A stretch of DNA of 49,181 nucleotides, the filler included, from Bipalium vagum (taxonomy: Eukaryota): NCBI GenBank assembly GCA_037834085.1. It is 3 parts of 3 records of this genome, joined end to end, with 100 filler letters (N's around TTAATTAATTAA, not from the genome) between each part and the next. Parts side by side here need not be neighbours in the genome. Positions count along the whole stretch, not along the records: positions 16,565 to 32,853 come from JBBMKC010118103.1; positions 32,954 to 49,181 come from JBBMKC010121703.1; 1 more part is not named here. One strand, 5' to 3'. Below the pieces are notes generated by a model that saw nothing but the letters and a program-made list of their open reading frames with translations, was not told the DNA's origin and did no database searches. Shown here piece after piece: positions 31,110 through 45,067 of the stretch. Positions within the stretch are counted from its first letter, which is position 1, and each line of letters opens with the position of its first letter. The position numbers were made by a program, and so were the translations under genes.

Positions 31110-31550
31110 TGAGGTTGGCAACTAAGTTCCCGCCGTTTTTATAAATTGTAGCATTTCGCATCTAATTAAATTTTTTTGTTTTAATTTTTTAAATTAATCG
31201 ACAGCCACTAATTTGTTCTACCGCAATGTATGAATTTTTTATCAATTTCTTATATTATATATTGATTAATGGATTAACCCGCCATATTCACCCGATTTGG
31301 CACCAACGGATTTCCACCTCTTCCGATCACTTTCGAATGCTATGCGTGGAGTTTCGTTCAATGATGATGCAGAATTGAGAGCTTGGTTGGATAAATTTTT
31401 TGAGTTGAAACCGGATGATTTCTACAAACAAGGTATTGAAAATCTTATTGGACGTTAGGAAGAAGTTATAAACAACAATGGAGATTACATTACTCATTAA
31501 TTAATTGTTTATTTTTTTGAAAAACGGCGGGAACTTAGTGTCCAACCTAA
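31110..31550 (+). mobile_element. Internally deleted non-autonomous mariner (441 bp) with both TIRs and TA target duplication
   Basis: Left TGAGGTTGGCAACTAAGTTCCCGCCGTTTTT and right AAAAACGGCGGGAACTTAGTGTCCAACCTAA, flanked by TA on both sides. Internal PPYSPDLAPTDFHLFRSLSNAMRGVSFNDD...FYKQGIENLIGR*EEVINNNGDYITH*. Confidence 0.93.
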
Positions 31551-32655
31551 TATATAAGTTCTTTTTTGTTTTAATATTTCAAACTAATAGTAAAAAATCA
31601 AATGACATCCGAAAATTTCATACATAGCATTGATTACTATTTTCCTTTCAGTACAAAAAACGGTTTGAGGTTATAGATAGTTATTTCCATTTTAACATTT
31701 AGAACCTTTACAACCCATTCAGAAACTTACATATGGATCTTTCAGATGCAGAGAAATTGTTGGATGAAAAGTCCATATGCAATTTGCAATTACACAGCAG
31801 CAATATAACGCCAACTCAAATAGGTAGGACAGACGCAAAAAGCTTGAAATTGGTTGTCTCAATCTTATTTCGGAAAGTAAGGAGACGATACAAAAATCCA
31901 GTTTCCCTTCTAACAAGATTAAGAAGACGGTGTTTTCTAAAAGATCGTAACGAAGGTTGAAATATGAATAATAACACAAAAGGAAAAATATCTTGCGTTC
32001 TTCCTGGAACTGTATTGTGAAATATCAAAGCAGATAAGCTTTTAATGTACCTTTTGTTTGACAACCTGGTAGTTGTGTACTATGAGTTGATAACACAGCA
32101 TGAACTAGTCATATTCTAAAGGTACATCTTTCCTTTTTGACAAAAAACTTTGCTTTCTATTATTCTTATTAGTAAGAGGGAACTCAAGCAAAAACTTACA
32201 AGATATTATGGCTCGAATATTCAAAAAATTGAATAAATATAAAACCAAATATCAACCTTTTTCGATTCGAAAAAAACTTTTCTTTTATTTTAATATTTCT
32301 TCAACAAAATTTTAATGTAATTTAGTTTCAGTTTAATCAAGCTACATTTGATTATAAATTCGAAAATAAAACATGTATGAAATTTATTTTATTACAAATA
32401 AATAGATCTTCCTTAAGTCTAAACCCATAAAATTCTAACTCAGTATCTTTTTATAGGAAAAAAATTATTAAGCTTTAAACATATAGTGCCGTCCATATGT
32501 TTGGAGCCACCCTGTAAAAATACAAATAATTGTAGATTACGAATTATAATAACTATTTTAAAGTTTTCACTAATTTATTAAATAAAATCTACTTTAATCA
32601 TATTTTACACATTGTTATCTAATATATTTTTATATTTTTAGAAATATTTTGGTTA

Positions 32656-32853
32656 TGTTAAGATCCTAAGAGGGTGGTTATAGATTGGAGCTTAAACTTA
32701 ACTTAGGTCTCAACGGTTGAAGGTTGCTTAAGGATGTGTTCGATTAATTGAATAAACTGAGAAAACGATTTTGATGTAATACTTTTATTTGAAAATTAAT
32801 TTAAAAATTATTATCTTTACAAATGAGTGATAACAATTCTGACCAGATGTGAT
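32656..32853 (-). mobile_element. Possible LTR 3' end fragment cut by gap
   Basis: On the minus strand it reads AATAAAAGTATTACA ... CTTAACA (polyA signal then TAACA terminus); no other support. Confidence 0.3.
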
Positions 32854-32953
32854 NNNNNNNNNNNNNNNNNNNNNNNNNNNNNNNNNNNNNNNNNNNNTTA
32901 ATTAATTAANNNNNNNNNNNNNNNNNNNNNNNNNNNNNNNNNNNNNNNNNNNN
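32854..32953. other. Artificial scaffold linker N44-TTAATTAATTAA-N44
   Basis: Same 100-bp structure as 16465-16564. Confidence 0.95.
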
Positions 32954-33029
32954 AATAATAAATAATAAATAATAAATAATAAATAATAAATAATAAATAA
33001 TAAATAATAAATAATAAATAATAAATAAT
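32954..33029. repeat. (AAATAAT)n tandem repeat at contig edge
   Basis: About 11 copies of a 7-mer directly after the gap. Confidence 0.9.
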
Positions 33030-33579
33030 ACTAATGAAATAATATTAATATTATAATTAGACGGTTTTCCAAATATTTATAATAAAATAATGTAACAGTT
33101 TGAAGTTAAATTTTAAAAAATTTAATATCCAAGATTCCTTTAAATAAAAAAAAAATAATTTCTTTATCAAAATCCTAACAAGATTGTGCCTAAATTATTA
33201 AACAGATTTCCAGCCAGATAAAATACCCAACACTTACACAATGAGATGCGATAATTGGACAGATATCAGAAAAATATGGGAAAAATTAATAACTTGTCCA
33301 GATGCCAAAATGTGTTCCCAATAATTTATTAATTATTTCAACATACCTGATGCACAGAATTAGTAATAATAATAATAATTAATTAATTAGTAATAATTAT
33401 TAATTTATTAATTAATTTTATAAAAAATATTGATTTTCAAAAAAAAACTTTAATACATTTAACATAATTCAATATCAATAATTTATTAATAAAACTTAAT
33501 TAAATAAAAATAAATAAATAAATGATGATGATGATGAAACAACTAAATATTTTTTGTGTTATTTTATTTATATTTACAG

Positions 33580-34362
33580 GCGTCTTAGTGCTAATTTCTT
33601 GTATTCTGTATCCACTGGGCTGGCGCAGCAACTTTGAGGTGGCACAGATTTGCGGGGAATTCACATCAATTCTTTCTCTAGGTATGCTGTGCCGCTGTTG
33701 AAGTATAATTTAATAGTGTTTTTGTGGTGTGCCAATGTTTTAATATTGATTGAGGAAAATCTTAGGGAAATTTTCACATAGTTTTTTAATGCGAATATTT
33801 CCTGTAATAAAATTAATCATTCTTGTAATTGAACATTGGCTTTGCAGGGAGATGTCACATGGGATGGGCATTTGTCTTAACATGTGCAGGAGGTTTGCTG
33901 TCCTTGTTAAGTACCACAATACCGGCGATTCTTATGAAAAATTCGTGCAACATTGTTATTGATAGACAGAAAAATTTCGGTAATAGACGTAACAGTGAGT
34001 TGTTTATTGATTGTTGGGGAAAACGTTGAATTGACCTTCTTCATCCAGTCTCTCTACCGTCTACCACGAGAGAAAGTATGCGATATACTGGTGAAATTCC
34101 GTTCCGTCCAATATCTCAAAATACTGCTACCAACGGAACACGGTATAGTTATGTTAGCTATCAAAGTTTATTGGTACCTAATACTTTGAACTCTGTCAAT
34201 ACCAATTCTATTGTTCGAGGTGATCTAGGTCCTCGACAACCAGGTTACCTTCATCCCGGATATCGATTCATTGCGCCCAACCATACGACTCAATTGCTGT
34301 CTTCCACAGCTGCTTCAGAAAGTAACCGAAGTACAAACAGCAGTAAGGATAAAGATACGTGA
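33580..34362 (+). CDS. LHFPL/TMHS-family tetraspan membrane protein, last three exons only (5' exons not found)
   Basis: Exons 33580-33681, 33848-33979, 34049-34362 (all phase 1) give GVLVLISCILYPLGWRSNFEVAQICGEFTSILSLGRCHMGWAFVLTCAGG..., matching the LHFPL signature YPxGW...VxxxCG.....LGxCxxxWA, followed by a low-complexity cytoplasmic tail. Confidence 0.82.
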
Positions 34363-35109
34363 CTGAAAAATGTATTTACTTGACATATATTCCTATAACA
34401 TTCATTTTTCATTATTTGACGTAATAAAATGTTTATTAAGTGGTTTTTTGTTTATTGATTATAAGGGAAAATTAAATTAGAATTATTTATAAGGTTCATC
34501 CCTTTCATTACTTTTCCATGGTCGACTAGAAATACAGTAAATTTCAAATATTACTCCTTTTATCTTTTTCCCACTATTTTTAATCTTTCTATAAAAATAT
34601 AATATTTATTTTTTTCCTATTTATTTAGTTTTTTGCAATTACTGCAGATATTTTAATAATTCTATTAAATTTTAAAAATTGAGATTAAAACGGAAATGTG
34701 AGAACAATAAAACAAGGATTAAATAAAATATTTTTTCATAAAATCTAAGACAATTTCTTTACACAAACTAAATAAAACTAAAGCCTCGGGAACCTTACAG
34801 TATAACTTCTGGGCAATGAAAATGATTATGGGTTGCTTAGCATGGTCCTTGAAAATCGTATGAAGAACGTTATGAAAATATAAAATGTACATGAACCAGT
34901 TAAGACAATTGTAAGGTCTCAAAATTTTAATTTATTCAAATTTAGTCTTAAATTCTTCAGGATCTTATTGGAGAATGGAAAGGGATATTTTAAGTGAAAT
35001 CCGCGTTTTATAACTGACATAATCATAAAAGTTGACATTTAATTGGTATAAATCATTTGAATAAATGTCAATTAATGATTTTTAAAAATAGGTAATCATC
35101 TGAAATAGA

Positions 35110-36070
35110 AATTATGAATAAAAATTGAAACTTTCAAAGGAAAATTATCCATCGATGATTTACTATGATTTTAAATGTGGTCTGACACCAAAGTAATGCT
35201 CATATCAACTTCATTTAGTCTATCGGAATGAATCCCTGTTAAAGAGGTGTTTTAACGAATTTCATAATATATGTTCCTCAACGTATGTTTCATTCCTTTA
35301 TATTTATGATGTGCATTAAATGATTGAAAAAGATCGACATATATCATACTATCAGATTTGATGCATCCGGTAGTTTCACCATCAAATCAATTGAAATGAT
35401 TTTCCAAGACTAGCTGAAGGTAGGGAAATTTTGTAATTGTTAAAAATCACAATTTTTGTTATCTGAAAAAGAATGTCGAGTTACATGATGCCAAAAATTA
35501 TCCAGAAATTTAACAAAAATCGTTCAGATTTAATTTAGAAATTTTCCACTGATGATGAAACTTGACGACCCTAAAATGTAACACTAGACTGTTTGGTTAT
35601 TTAAAGGTGAATAAAATCAACAATGGTTGTTTTGTTCATCAGTGCTGCAAAGAAAATGATTAAATGTTTCTTCGGCTTAAAAAGACATTTGGAAACAATG
35701 ACCATAGAGAATCATATAACTGTCAATGTTGACTGGTATACAACAGTCAGTGATTTCCAAAATTATAGAGAATAATCAAAATCGACAAATTATTATTGAT
35801 CATTACAATACCAACTCTCAAATCAACGATTTTGCAAATACTAAAAATGTAGAATTAACTATTCACTTCATACTTAACTCACTTAACGCCTGGTGATTTC
35901 TTTTTTTCTCCAAACCATCAAGAAGAAATTATATGATTAGCGCTTCTCATTGCCTAAGGCAGTTATTCGAGGTGTTGGTTTATGAACTACCAACTTCAAA
36001 ATGAAAAGGTGCTTCGAAAAAAAGTTCGATCCCAATCATTAATGTGTTGATTTTAAAGGCGATTATTAAA
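35110..36070 (+). mobile_element. Degenerate mariner transposon
   Basis: MIYYDFKCGLT near the N-terminus, TDDET*, VNVDWYT, DHYNTNS (HHDNA-like) and LTPGDFFF (DLAPxDFFLF-like). Confidence 0.7.
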
Positions 36071-39000
36071 AAAAAGTTTTTTTGGTTTGCTTTGATTTTT
36101 CTATTAATAGATTATACTAAATATACCCCCAATCATTATTAAAAGTCAAAAATTTTAAATATATAGTATAAAAAATTATACTGACAATGAAGATAAAACT
36201 AAAATCAAAGATAATGGAAAACCGTTCAAATAACCATTTCCTGGCTCACCAATAACAAACCATGGTGACACCTTATAATGAAATATAATCTTTAAATTAT
36301 TACTTTCAAATTTTATTACTTTATTCGCAATTAATTGAATTTATAAATCAATAAATTACCTTTCTGATGTCAATACATGTCACAACCAAAAATTTTAATT
36401 AATAAATAAACATCTTATTTTTTCACTTGTGGTATTACAGTTTTTTTGAACTAAAAAAATCAATATAATTTTAATGAATAATCAAAAAAACTAATAGATG
36501 TGAAAAAATCAATTTATCTAAGAAGAAAAATCAATTTTTACAATTTCTTTCTTAATTAATTTTTTTCTTTTTCTTTTCTAAATTAAAATTGACCAAATTT
36601 TTCTTTAAGTTTTTTTTGTATAACAATTAAAATATTTTCTATTACATTCTTTTTTTTTTAATAAAGAAGTGTTTAAATTCATTTCTTTTAATTATTCATT
36701 TGAATTTAATTTCCCACTGAATTATTTCAGAGACTAATATATATTTTTAAAATCTTTTATGACTGAATTTCTGTTTTTTCACTTTTTAATTAATTTTTGA
36801 CATTATTTTTAAAATGATTAATTCTTAATAATTACAACCATCTGTGACCCCGACCTTGTAACAGTTTTTAATAGATTAGATTGAAAATTATTTTAAAAAT
36901 AAATTGGAGATTTTTTTATTTTTTATGAAAAATAAGGTTTCGGTAATTCTTGTTGTAAAATATCTCTATTGGGAATCGGAAAAATATTTAGAAATAAATT
37001 ATGAACTCAAAAAACGAAAAATATTTCCAGTTATCACTATTTTTAAAACTGTTAAATAAAAAAAATTATCGTTTAAACGGAAAAAATGAATTCTTTAATT
37101 AGAATCTCTTTGAAAATGTAAATTCACTTTAAAATTAAACCACCTCAATCTAAACGCCTTACAAAACTGGTATAACAACTTGTTTAATAAATTACCAAAA
37201 ATTATTTTAATGAAAATCAATGTCCCAAAGAAAGGGGGTAAAAAAAATTAATTGTAGGAAAAGATTGATTAATTTCAGATATATAACAGACTCCAATAGT
37301 GAATGTTTGAATATAAAAGTAGTGTACAAATCACAAATGTTTGTAAGAAAATAAGACTAATGGGATTTTACGTTTTTTAAAATTACAAATATAATAACCA
37401 TTTAAATGTTCGAATCTAAATGAGAATTATGCTTTAATTAAAACCGAGTTTCAGTCTACACTGGGAATATTTAATATATGAATATGATAGTTTATACTTC
37501 CTGAGAGCGGAATAACGAGTCGGGTGATTATTTCACCAGACTTTAGTTGTCAGAAGTAAAATTAAATAAAAGTAACTGGAAGTAATTATTTACTTAAAAA
37601 CAGAAACGGGAAATTATATTCAAATTCTGTTATAATTAATTAAGGGCGGTGAATATGATAATTCACTTACATTTTATTTGAATTTGATAGATGAGTTGTA
37701 ATAAACTCATTTTCAATTATTTTAGTTATAATAAACCAATAAAATTTGTTTAATGATTAATTAAATTTTTTTAAAAATAATTTTTAAATATGATAAACTA
37801 AAATGCCGAATTTTGAAATTATAATTTTGATCACTTATTTATACTTGTTTTTATGTTAATTTATACTGCCTTTTAATATTCTATGACGTCATTATGCCTA
37901 ATGAAATTTATTTTATTAACATGTTCTGAAATTTAAAAAAAAACTTCATAAGTTTAAATCAGTTTGTATAATAATATTTTAATAATTTTTATTAAATAGT
38001 TAAATGAAATGCTGCTTTCATAACAATATTGTTTAATTTTATTCAGCTTGCCACAATTACGATTGCAGTTGAATGGACATCCGTTTAGGGTTATAATTTT
38101 ACTCTTAATAATCTTAAAGGTTATATTTAATTTAAGCACCTGACTTTTATGCTTTTCGAATTTCAATACCTATCAAAAAAATTTTCTTTATATTTAATTA
38201 ATAAATGTTTATTTATTAATGTCAAAATCAATATAATCATTATTATTAATAACAAATCAGATTTTATTTAATAATAATTATTTAATAGTATCGATTACTA
38301 TCAAAAATCTCAGCTTATTTCTCAATTGTCATATTTCACATAAAAATTAAATAATGTTAAATCCGGTTTATATGAATTGACTAGTTGCTATTAATTATTT
38401 CTTTTCCACTCCCACAGAAACTTTGATCCCTTCTAATGATTTTATCATGTATTTGGTACACTATATTCTGTTTCTAAACTTGCCTAATAATAGTCAAGTT
38501 TAAAAATTTTTATATATGTAAATATATATGACAGCAGTCATCTGTGAAATTTCATATATTTTGATATCTGGTTATTGATAAAGTTAATATTCCTAAATAG
38601 ACTACCATCAGCATTTAGAATTTTATCAATTTTTAACTGAATAAAATTAAAAAACCAATTTGTCTTCCAAAAATACCTCAACTAAGCTCAGGTTTATTCA
38701 GACTGCACTTACTTTAAAATATAAATTTTAAACTGTTTCGTCATAATTGTTAATATTTGTAAACAATTTCAACTTAGAAATTTACGAATGTGCACGCGCA
38801 GTTGAATGTTTAAAAATTACTGATTACTTTCGAGCAACAATTAACAAATTGATTTTCAATTATCATAATATCTTATTTTAACGAATCTCAGTTTATTGGA
38901 AAACTTACATCCAATCTAAGGTTACTTATCAATTATTATTAATTATCTAACATAGAAATCTTCGTTTCCAACTCTCATGTTTTTGAACTGACAATCAAAC

Positions 39001-39155
39001 AAACAATAAACTTAGCAAACAACCGAAACTTACTCTGAAAATTCATTTTCCAAAGAGACAACACAAAAAGAAGACTTAAAAACCAACCGATAAAATAAAT
39101 TTTGGCCCAAAAAGCAAGACTGAACCTCATAAATCGTAAATCGTTTCGCGTCTCA

Positions 39156-40828
39156 TCAATCGATCTTATTATCATCACCGCCATCACCAAAATGTGATTG
39201 TTTATCATTACCATGACGACAATTGATCAAATCATTGGCCGCGCTGAGTACGACTTCTTCCCAATGTTCCTGCCACGTTCCGTGTCTGGAATGATTGACA
39301 ATATTGTCACGATATCGATCGATAATCGATAATTCGGATTGGTTGTCCTTTTTCGATTTCATTTCCGATAACAATTCTACGAGATGTTTCACCAGACCAT
39401 CGGTTCCACTGAAAAGGCGCCCATTGATTTGATCGATGAGAAGTTCGTGCAGACATTTGTAATTGAGAGCAAGAACAGGCAATCCCACGCTAAACATGTC
39501 AACAATCTGGATCGGCACATGCGCACATACAAACGAATCAATCATGAAGACAAACAAAAACAACACTCACTTTCATTGGCAAATCGAGACCACTGGTGCT
39601 GTTGTGCAAACAGATACCGATGTCGGCCGCCGATAACATGATCGGGTAATCATCGATTTCCAACCACGGGGTTATGACGGACACGTGACACCATTCTTGT
39701 TCGGAAATGATTCTTTTGAAATAGTTTTTCAACGGACCGCGTCCTGATAGACAATAAACACCGATTAATGATATTATTTTGTAAATCAATAAACAAAAAT
39801 CCATTTTATCTAAGATAAAAACTGATCCCGGCCTAATATCTACTCTGTCATTCAATTTTACCTGTGATAACACAAATCAAATTTGGCAATTTTTCACCGG
39901 CGCTTATCAATTTGTTGTATTGATCCAAAGCTTTGAACAGGGTGTCGAAATCGTCATCGATTGTCCAGCTACAACTGCTGACAATGAGAGCTGGTCTTTC
40001 AACTTTGTATTGGATATTTCCATTAATTGATGTTGTCGTCAAGGCTGTCTCTTTATCCGATTCAGTGCTTGATTTCAAAACGGGATAATTTTGTCCCAAC
40101 CTAAGTTAGTTTTCGATTCAATATCAAGCGATTGTGGCAAATTTATATTTTACTTCATGATCAAATCGTGAATTAGTTTCATGTTCCGTTGGCCGTCGAC
40201 TTTCCAAGGCCAATCATAAAGCAAATTAGCTTTGATCTTCCATTTCAACAGTAAATCATTCAAAAATGCTTTGCTAACACAGAAATGTTCTGCCTGAAGA
40301 CGATGGGAGAATTTCACTTCGATATTTTTATAAAATCTAAAATTATACTGAAATCGATAGACTTCGAAAAATCAAATTTCTATACTTGGTTAACATACCA
40401 TCGCCATGAGAGCGGTTTTTGTTCATCAACGTATAACCGTAATTGTGCCAATCGATCATTACATTTATGCGCCTGATTTTCGAAATTAGCCATACAACAA
40501 GAAATGTTGGCACTGCCGGAGGATTTTGAATCATGATTATATCAGTCCATTGACATTTTAATAAGAAAAAAAATAAAGAAATTGTTGTGAATAGAACTTT
40601 AAGAAATAAGAATATTATCCGTTCTTTTCTTTGATTGATAAATGGAGGAGATTCTTTAATTGGGTCAACAATTATATTTTCATTGTTTGTTAATGAATGA
40701 GATAAATCGGAATGTACATAACCAGAAAAATATACTTTCCAGCCAGATTTTGAAAATGATATACAGTGATTTTTCATTCGTGGTGAACAACCAAGATCAC
40801 CGAGTACTAAAATTCTGACAGAACTCAT
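39156..40828 (-). CDS. ALG1: Chitobiosyldiphosphodolichol beta-1,4-mannosyltransferase, 5 exons, ~462 aa
   Basis: Exons 40828-40386, 40336-40154, 40100-39862, 39743-39571, 39506-39156 (1389 nt). Motifs VLGDLGCSPRM, QNPPAVPT, IDWHNYGYT, RPALIVSSCSWTIDDDF, ITGRGP, SADIG-type [21 protein letters not shown]. Confidence 0.96.
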
Positions 40829-41489
40829 TTATATCTTTATATTTTCTTGTTAAATTCAAATTAAATAAATTACATCATCTTGTGACAAAAAAATTTAAAA
40901 AGAAACTTTAATAAAACAAAAGATTAAACTCAAATATTAACCAGTAATTTCACAATTGAACCTAAAATTCATTTATATTTATTTTATAAATAATATTTAT
41001 TAAATGTTATATTGTTTCATTAAATAAATCTAATTTTGATGCAAAGGTTGATTTTTTTTCGAAATTACATTAAATGAATAAAGTAATTTCTCTTCGTATG
41101 GAAAAACTAAATTTAATTTTTGTATATAAAATTGAATTTGTGACATGCATAATATGATTATTATGATGCCTTTTGTTTCATTCATTTCCTATGTATGAAA
41201 ATTATTTTTATTTAGATATCAGTAAAAATCAATAAAAAGACAAAAAATTTAAATTGATGAATTATAAAATTCACAATTTTCAGCAGTCAAAAAATGCAAA
41301 TACAATAATCTTTTCAGGCTGAGCTAAATAATTATTTTCATGTCAATCGCATCGTTGAAAATCTCCTAATCTTGGCAATGATGAAAATGAGAAAAAATCT
41401 ATATATTACTTTTTTATTATTAAGATACGTAATTATAAGTTTTTCTTTATTATTATGCTTAGTATTACTATTATTAGTTTAAATGATTA

Positions 41490-41730
41490 TTTACACATAA
41501 CCCTTCCAATCAACGAACTCAACACACAAACTCAACTACGGATTTTCTCTCTCAATATGAAAAAGGTGAAATCAACATAAACAAAGTTACAGTTAAAGAC
41601 TACTGTCTTTTATACTCCCAAGAAATGCCACAAACCACTACAAACACATTTAGCGAAAACCTCTGATTCCCACCATCCAATTTTTTCTGCAATACTCAAC
41701 AGATTTCCCAGAGAAGACTAAACATTAACA
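41490..41730 (-). mobile_element. Possible short solo-LTR fragment
   Basis: On the minus strand it starts TGTTAATG, has a TATAAAA box (GGGAGTATAAAAGACAG) and a strongly G/T-skewed U5-like tract. Confidence 0.3.
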
Positions 41731-42462
41731 AAAATTCCACCAATAAACAAAAACTATAATCTTATATTCCATAATGACGATTATTATATCAATAATAATA
41801 AATGATATTTTCATTTGAGCTGAGTTTAGAATATAACAATCGATTAAGTGAAATAAATGGAAAATAAAATAAAAAAACCAAAATATGAAAATAAGCATTA
41901 TTTTTCAAGATAAAATTTGTTGCTAGAAAAAAAATGAAAAAATAAGGAGTTGATTAAAAAAATCATGTTCCATTTGTTTTATATGGGAGTTTTGAAACTT
42001 GAAAGTTATTAAAGGTTCATGAGACCGAATTCGATTTTATCTCATAAGGCCAAACCGAATTAGACTTCGGCGATTTCAGTAAAGCTGCACGAGATGGTGA
42101 TGAATTTGAAAAGTCAATAAAATCCTTTATCTATGGGAATCATATTAAAAAATAATTTTCCAAAATTAATTTAAATAACATTATTTTTAATGATTAATAA
42201 GAAAATTTAACAAATAACGTTATAAGTTTTTAAATAATGTTATTAATAAAAATTTGACTTATTTAATAAAAGTACAAACCATTCGAATATCTCCACAGTA
42301 AAATTTTTGTGATCGTAGAAAAAATGATTTTTTTTAAAGCATGAATTTGTTACTCATTTTGAATATAATATTTTAAAACAATTAAACATTCTTTATTAAT
42401 ATTTTAAGTTATTAACACATTTCAACAACCAGTCTACTTTATGGAAAAAAAATACTCGAAAT

Positions 42463-43200
42463 TAGTAACTTGTATTCAGGTCTGTATTTTTGATTATCTT
42501 GTCGATCCTTCTTGGTGTGCTTGTATAGACATTTTTAACTTTACATGCTGAAAATGTCTCCCACTGCTCTTTCGAGGTATACAAACTTATTTCCTACAAG
42601 TAGCAGCCCTGACTTTCAAGTCAGCCTACAACGGCTTAATTATATAATCAGATATGGTGACTGAGTCAGTCAATCACGGAGTACATATAATTTTGACGCT
42701 TCCAAAAATGAAGACATCAATCTTGATTTATGGCATTAGCAGCATTCATTTCTTTAATAAATTATAATAGGTAAAAGAATCATCTGATTTGCCGAAATCA
42801 TCTAATCCCTATCTTTAATTTTCACATTTTTTGGTATATATCGATTCATATCTGGCCTGCGGATATATTCTTTTTTCTGGAGATTTCCATCCAAAATTCA
42901 TGAGTAAATATGACTTCATTCTATAAAGAAGGATACAGTGTACCATAGTCTCAGCACCACTTTAAACTATTTATGATATGTCGTTCAGTTAATAAAGATT
43001 TTATTACTCCAATCTGTCCAATCAATCCATACTTTTTCAGAATACACTTCACAGTACTAACTGAGGAAGTTTAGATTGATTTCCAGAACAATTTTTTATC
43101 AAACATTTTATTGTTAAGGCTTCATGTCAAATAAAAGACCTAAGCCAGAGTAAAGGTGAAACTAAATGTTTTTCGAGTTAATTTATATTTATGCTATACA
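42463..43200 (-). mobile_element. Tc1-like (DD34E-type) transposase remnant
   Basis: Reverse frames ID*LTQSPYL..IKPL*ADLKVR and EQWETF..NVYTSTPRRIDKIIKNTDLNTSY* follow the Tc1 C-terminus (WPxQSPDLNPIExxW...SMPxR...TxY). Confidence 0.6.
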
Positions 43201-44887
43201 CGTGATACTGGAAAAGTTTGTGGACTTTGGTACTTTAAGTGATATCTGAGTTTTATAACTAAATCTTTCAGCTCTCACAATAAGCTAAAGTGACAAAAGG
43301 ATAAAATTGAAGTGATATTTTTCATTTCAAAACACATAAAAATATTTTTAAAACACAAAGTTCCTGAATTGTCTGGCTTTAATTAGAAAATTGCACGACA
43401 AAAATCCACTTTGGCGAAGAAAAATAAAAAAACACCTTTCTTTGAAGTTTTAAAAGTTGTGAACGATACCACCAAAGGGCGATTTTTGCAAGAGTGAAAA
43501 CCTTTTCAATGGACAATTTAACGTAAGTTAATCAATATTTGTTAAAGAAAAAGAAATTTGTCTCATTGCATAATTATACGAATTCAAAACATTATAAAAT
43601 ATAAAACCGTTATTAATTGCCCCTAAATGGAAATTATTGACAAAGACATTTAACAACAAAATACATTATCATTGCAAATGTGGGGCTAGGGGGATATAAT
43701 GTTTAATTTTTCTTATGATTTTCACTATCATTTTGCAGACGAAACCATTTGTAATTGTATATGAAGAGATCTTAAATTTCGATTAACAGTCTCATTTTAT
43801 AATGATATTTATAATGACGTCTCCTAATTTATGTTATTAGTAGTAGTTGAAATCATAGCCGAAGAAAGATTCGGACAGTTAATACATTACAGAAAATTTT
43901 AAATTGCTTTACTAATATAAATGTAAGTTAAAAAAATCCTATTTTTATATTATATCTTCACATTGAAGAGAAATGTATATGTTGTATTATTATTACAATT
44001 AAAAATAAATAAATAAATAATTATATTTAAAATATTTTGTGAATATATATTTGAATTACAATTAAAAAAAAATATATATTTATTATTTATATTTTAAAAT
44101 ATGAATAAATAAATAATTATATTTAATTTGATTATCGAGGCTCTCGCTGAATTTTTGTTGTTGTGAGAAATATTCATTTGAAGCTAAGCAGATCTGTGGG
44201 TGATTGTCGTTGATCTTTACAGTGGAATGTTAGAACTTTTGAACCTTGATAAGATCAATCAAGTGTATTTTGCTGACGTTCCATTCATGATGTGTATGAA
44301 AATGTTTGATATTAAAGCTATTAAATTAGCGAGATTTACTTCAATATTGATTAATAAAGAAAAGTTTCATTTTAACTGTTTTGTTGAATCCTATCTTTAA
44401 TTAAAAACTTTTTTTGTGATAATTCAAAAATGATTTTTGTTCAAACAGTCTCATTGATAAAATAAAAAATTTTCATTCAGGTTTAACAATAACTAAAGGC
44501 ACCTTACAATCTTGGGAGTTATTGATAAAAACAATAATTGTTTATGAACGGTTTTTTTATGAGGACAGAGACATTTTGATTAACTCTACTTTTAATTACG
44601 ATTACTTAAGTTGTCATGAAGATTATTATTATTTGTTGGACTTTTAGTGTTGTTAAACAGATTTAATGTCTAAATGAGTGAAGTAATACATTTAACTTAA
44701 AGGTTTTTCTGGAAAATAAATCTCCGGATTTTGGCGACTGAAAATATTTGAAATATTTGAAAATTCCCTCTTTTGGACTTCTTTAAAAATAAAAATTACT
44801 TTTGGAGGGTTTTTTTATTTTCTAAGTATGTTCAAACAAAAAATATCTGTAAATTTTTAATTGTTTTTCAAGTGTTAATTAATTTTA

Positions 44888-45067
44888 NNNNNNNNNNNNN
44901 NNNNNNNNNNNNNNNNNNNNNNNNNNNNNNNNNNNNNNNNNNNNNNNNNNNNNNNNNNNNNNNNNNNNNNNNNNNNNNNNNNNNNNNNNNNNNNNNNNNN
45001 NNNNNNNNNNNNNNNNNNNNNNNNNNNNNNNNNNNNNNNNNNNNNNNNNNNNNNNNNNNNNNNNNNN
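44888..45067. other. Assembly gap (180 N)
   Basis: Plain N run without linker. Confidence 0.98.

Noticed and set aside
32483-32516. Back-to-back Tc1-type TIR stubs (TATAGTGCCGTCCATATG / GAGCCACCCTGTA)
   Set aside because: Too short to support an element without partner ends.
36100-38950. Long AT-rich intergenic region and short ORFs such as 37954-38166
   Set aside because: Low-complexity composition; no motifs or consistent splice structure found.
38975-39214. Hydrophobic 79-aa ORF overlapping the ALG1 stop
   Set aside because: T-rich ALG1 3' UTR read in an alternative frame; no independent support.
40790-40860. ALG1 lacks the N-terminal TM anchor of human ALG1 (in-frame TAA just before ATG)
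   Set aside because: As I recall, plant and insect ALG1 also start just before the VLGD motif, so this is probably ordinary; an upstream exon cannot be excluded.
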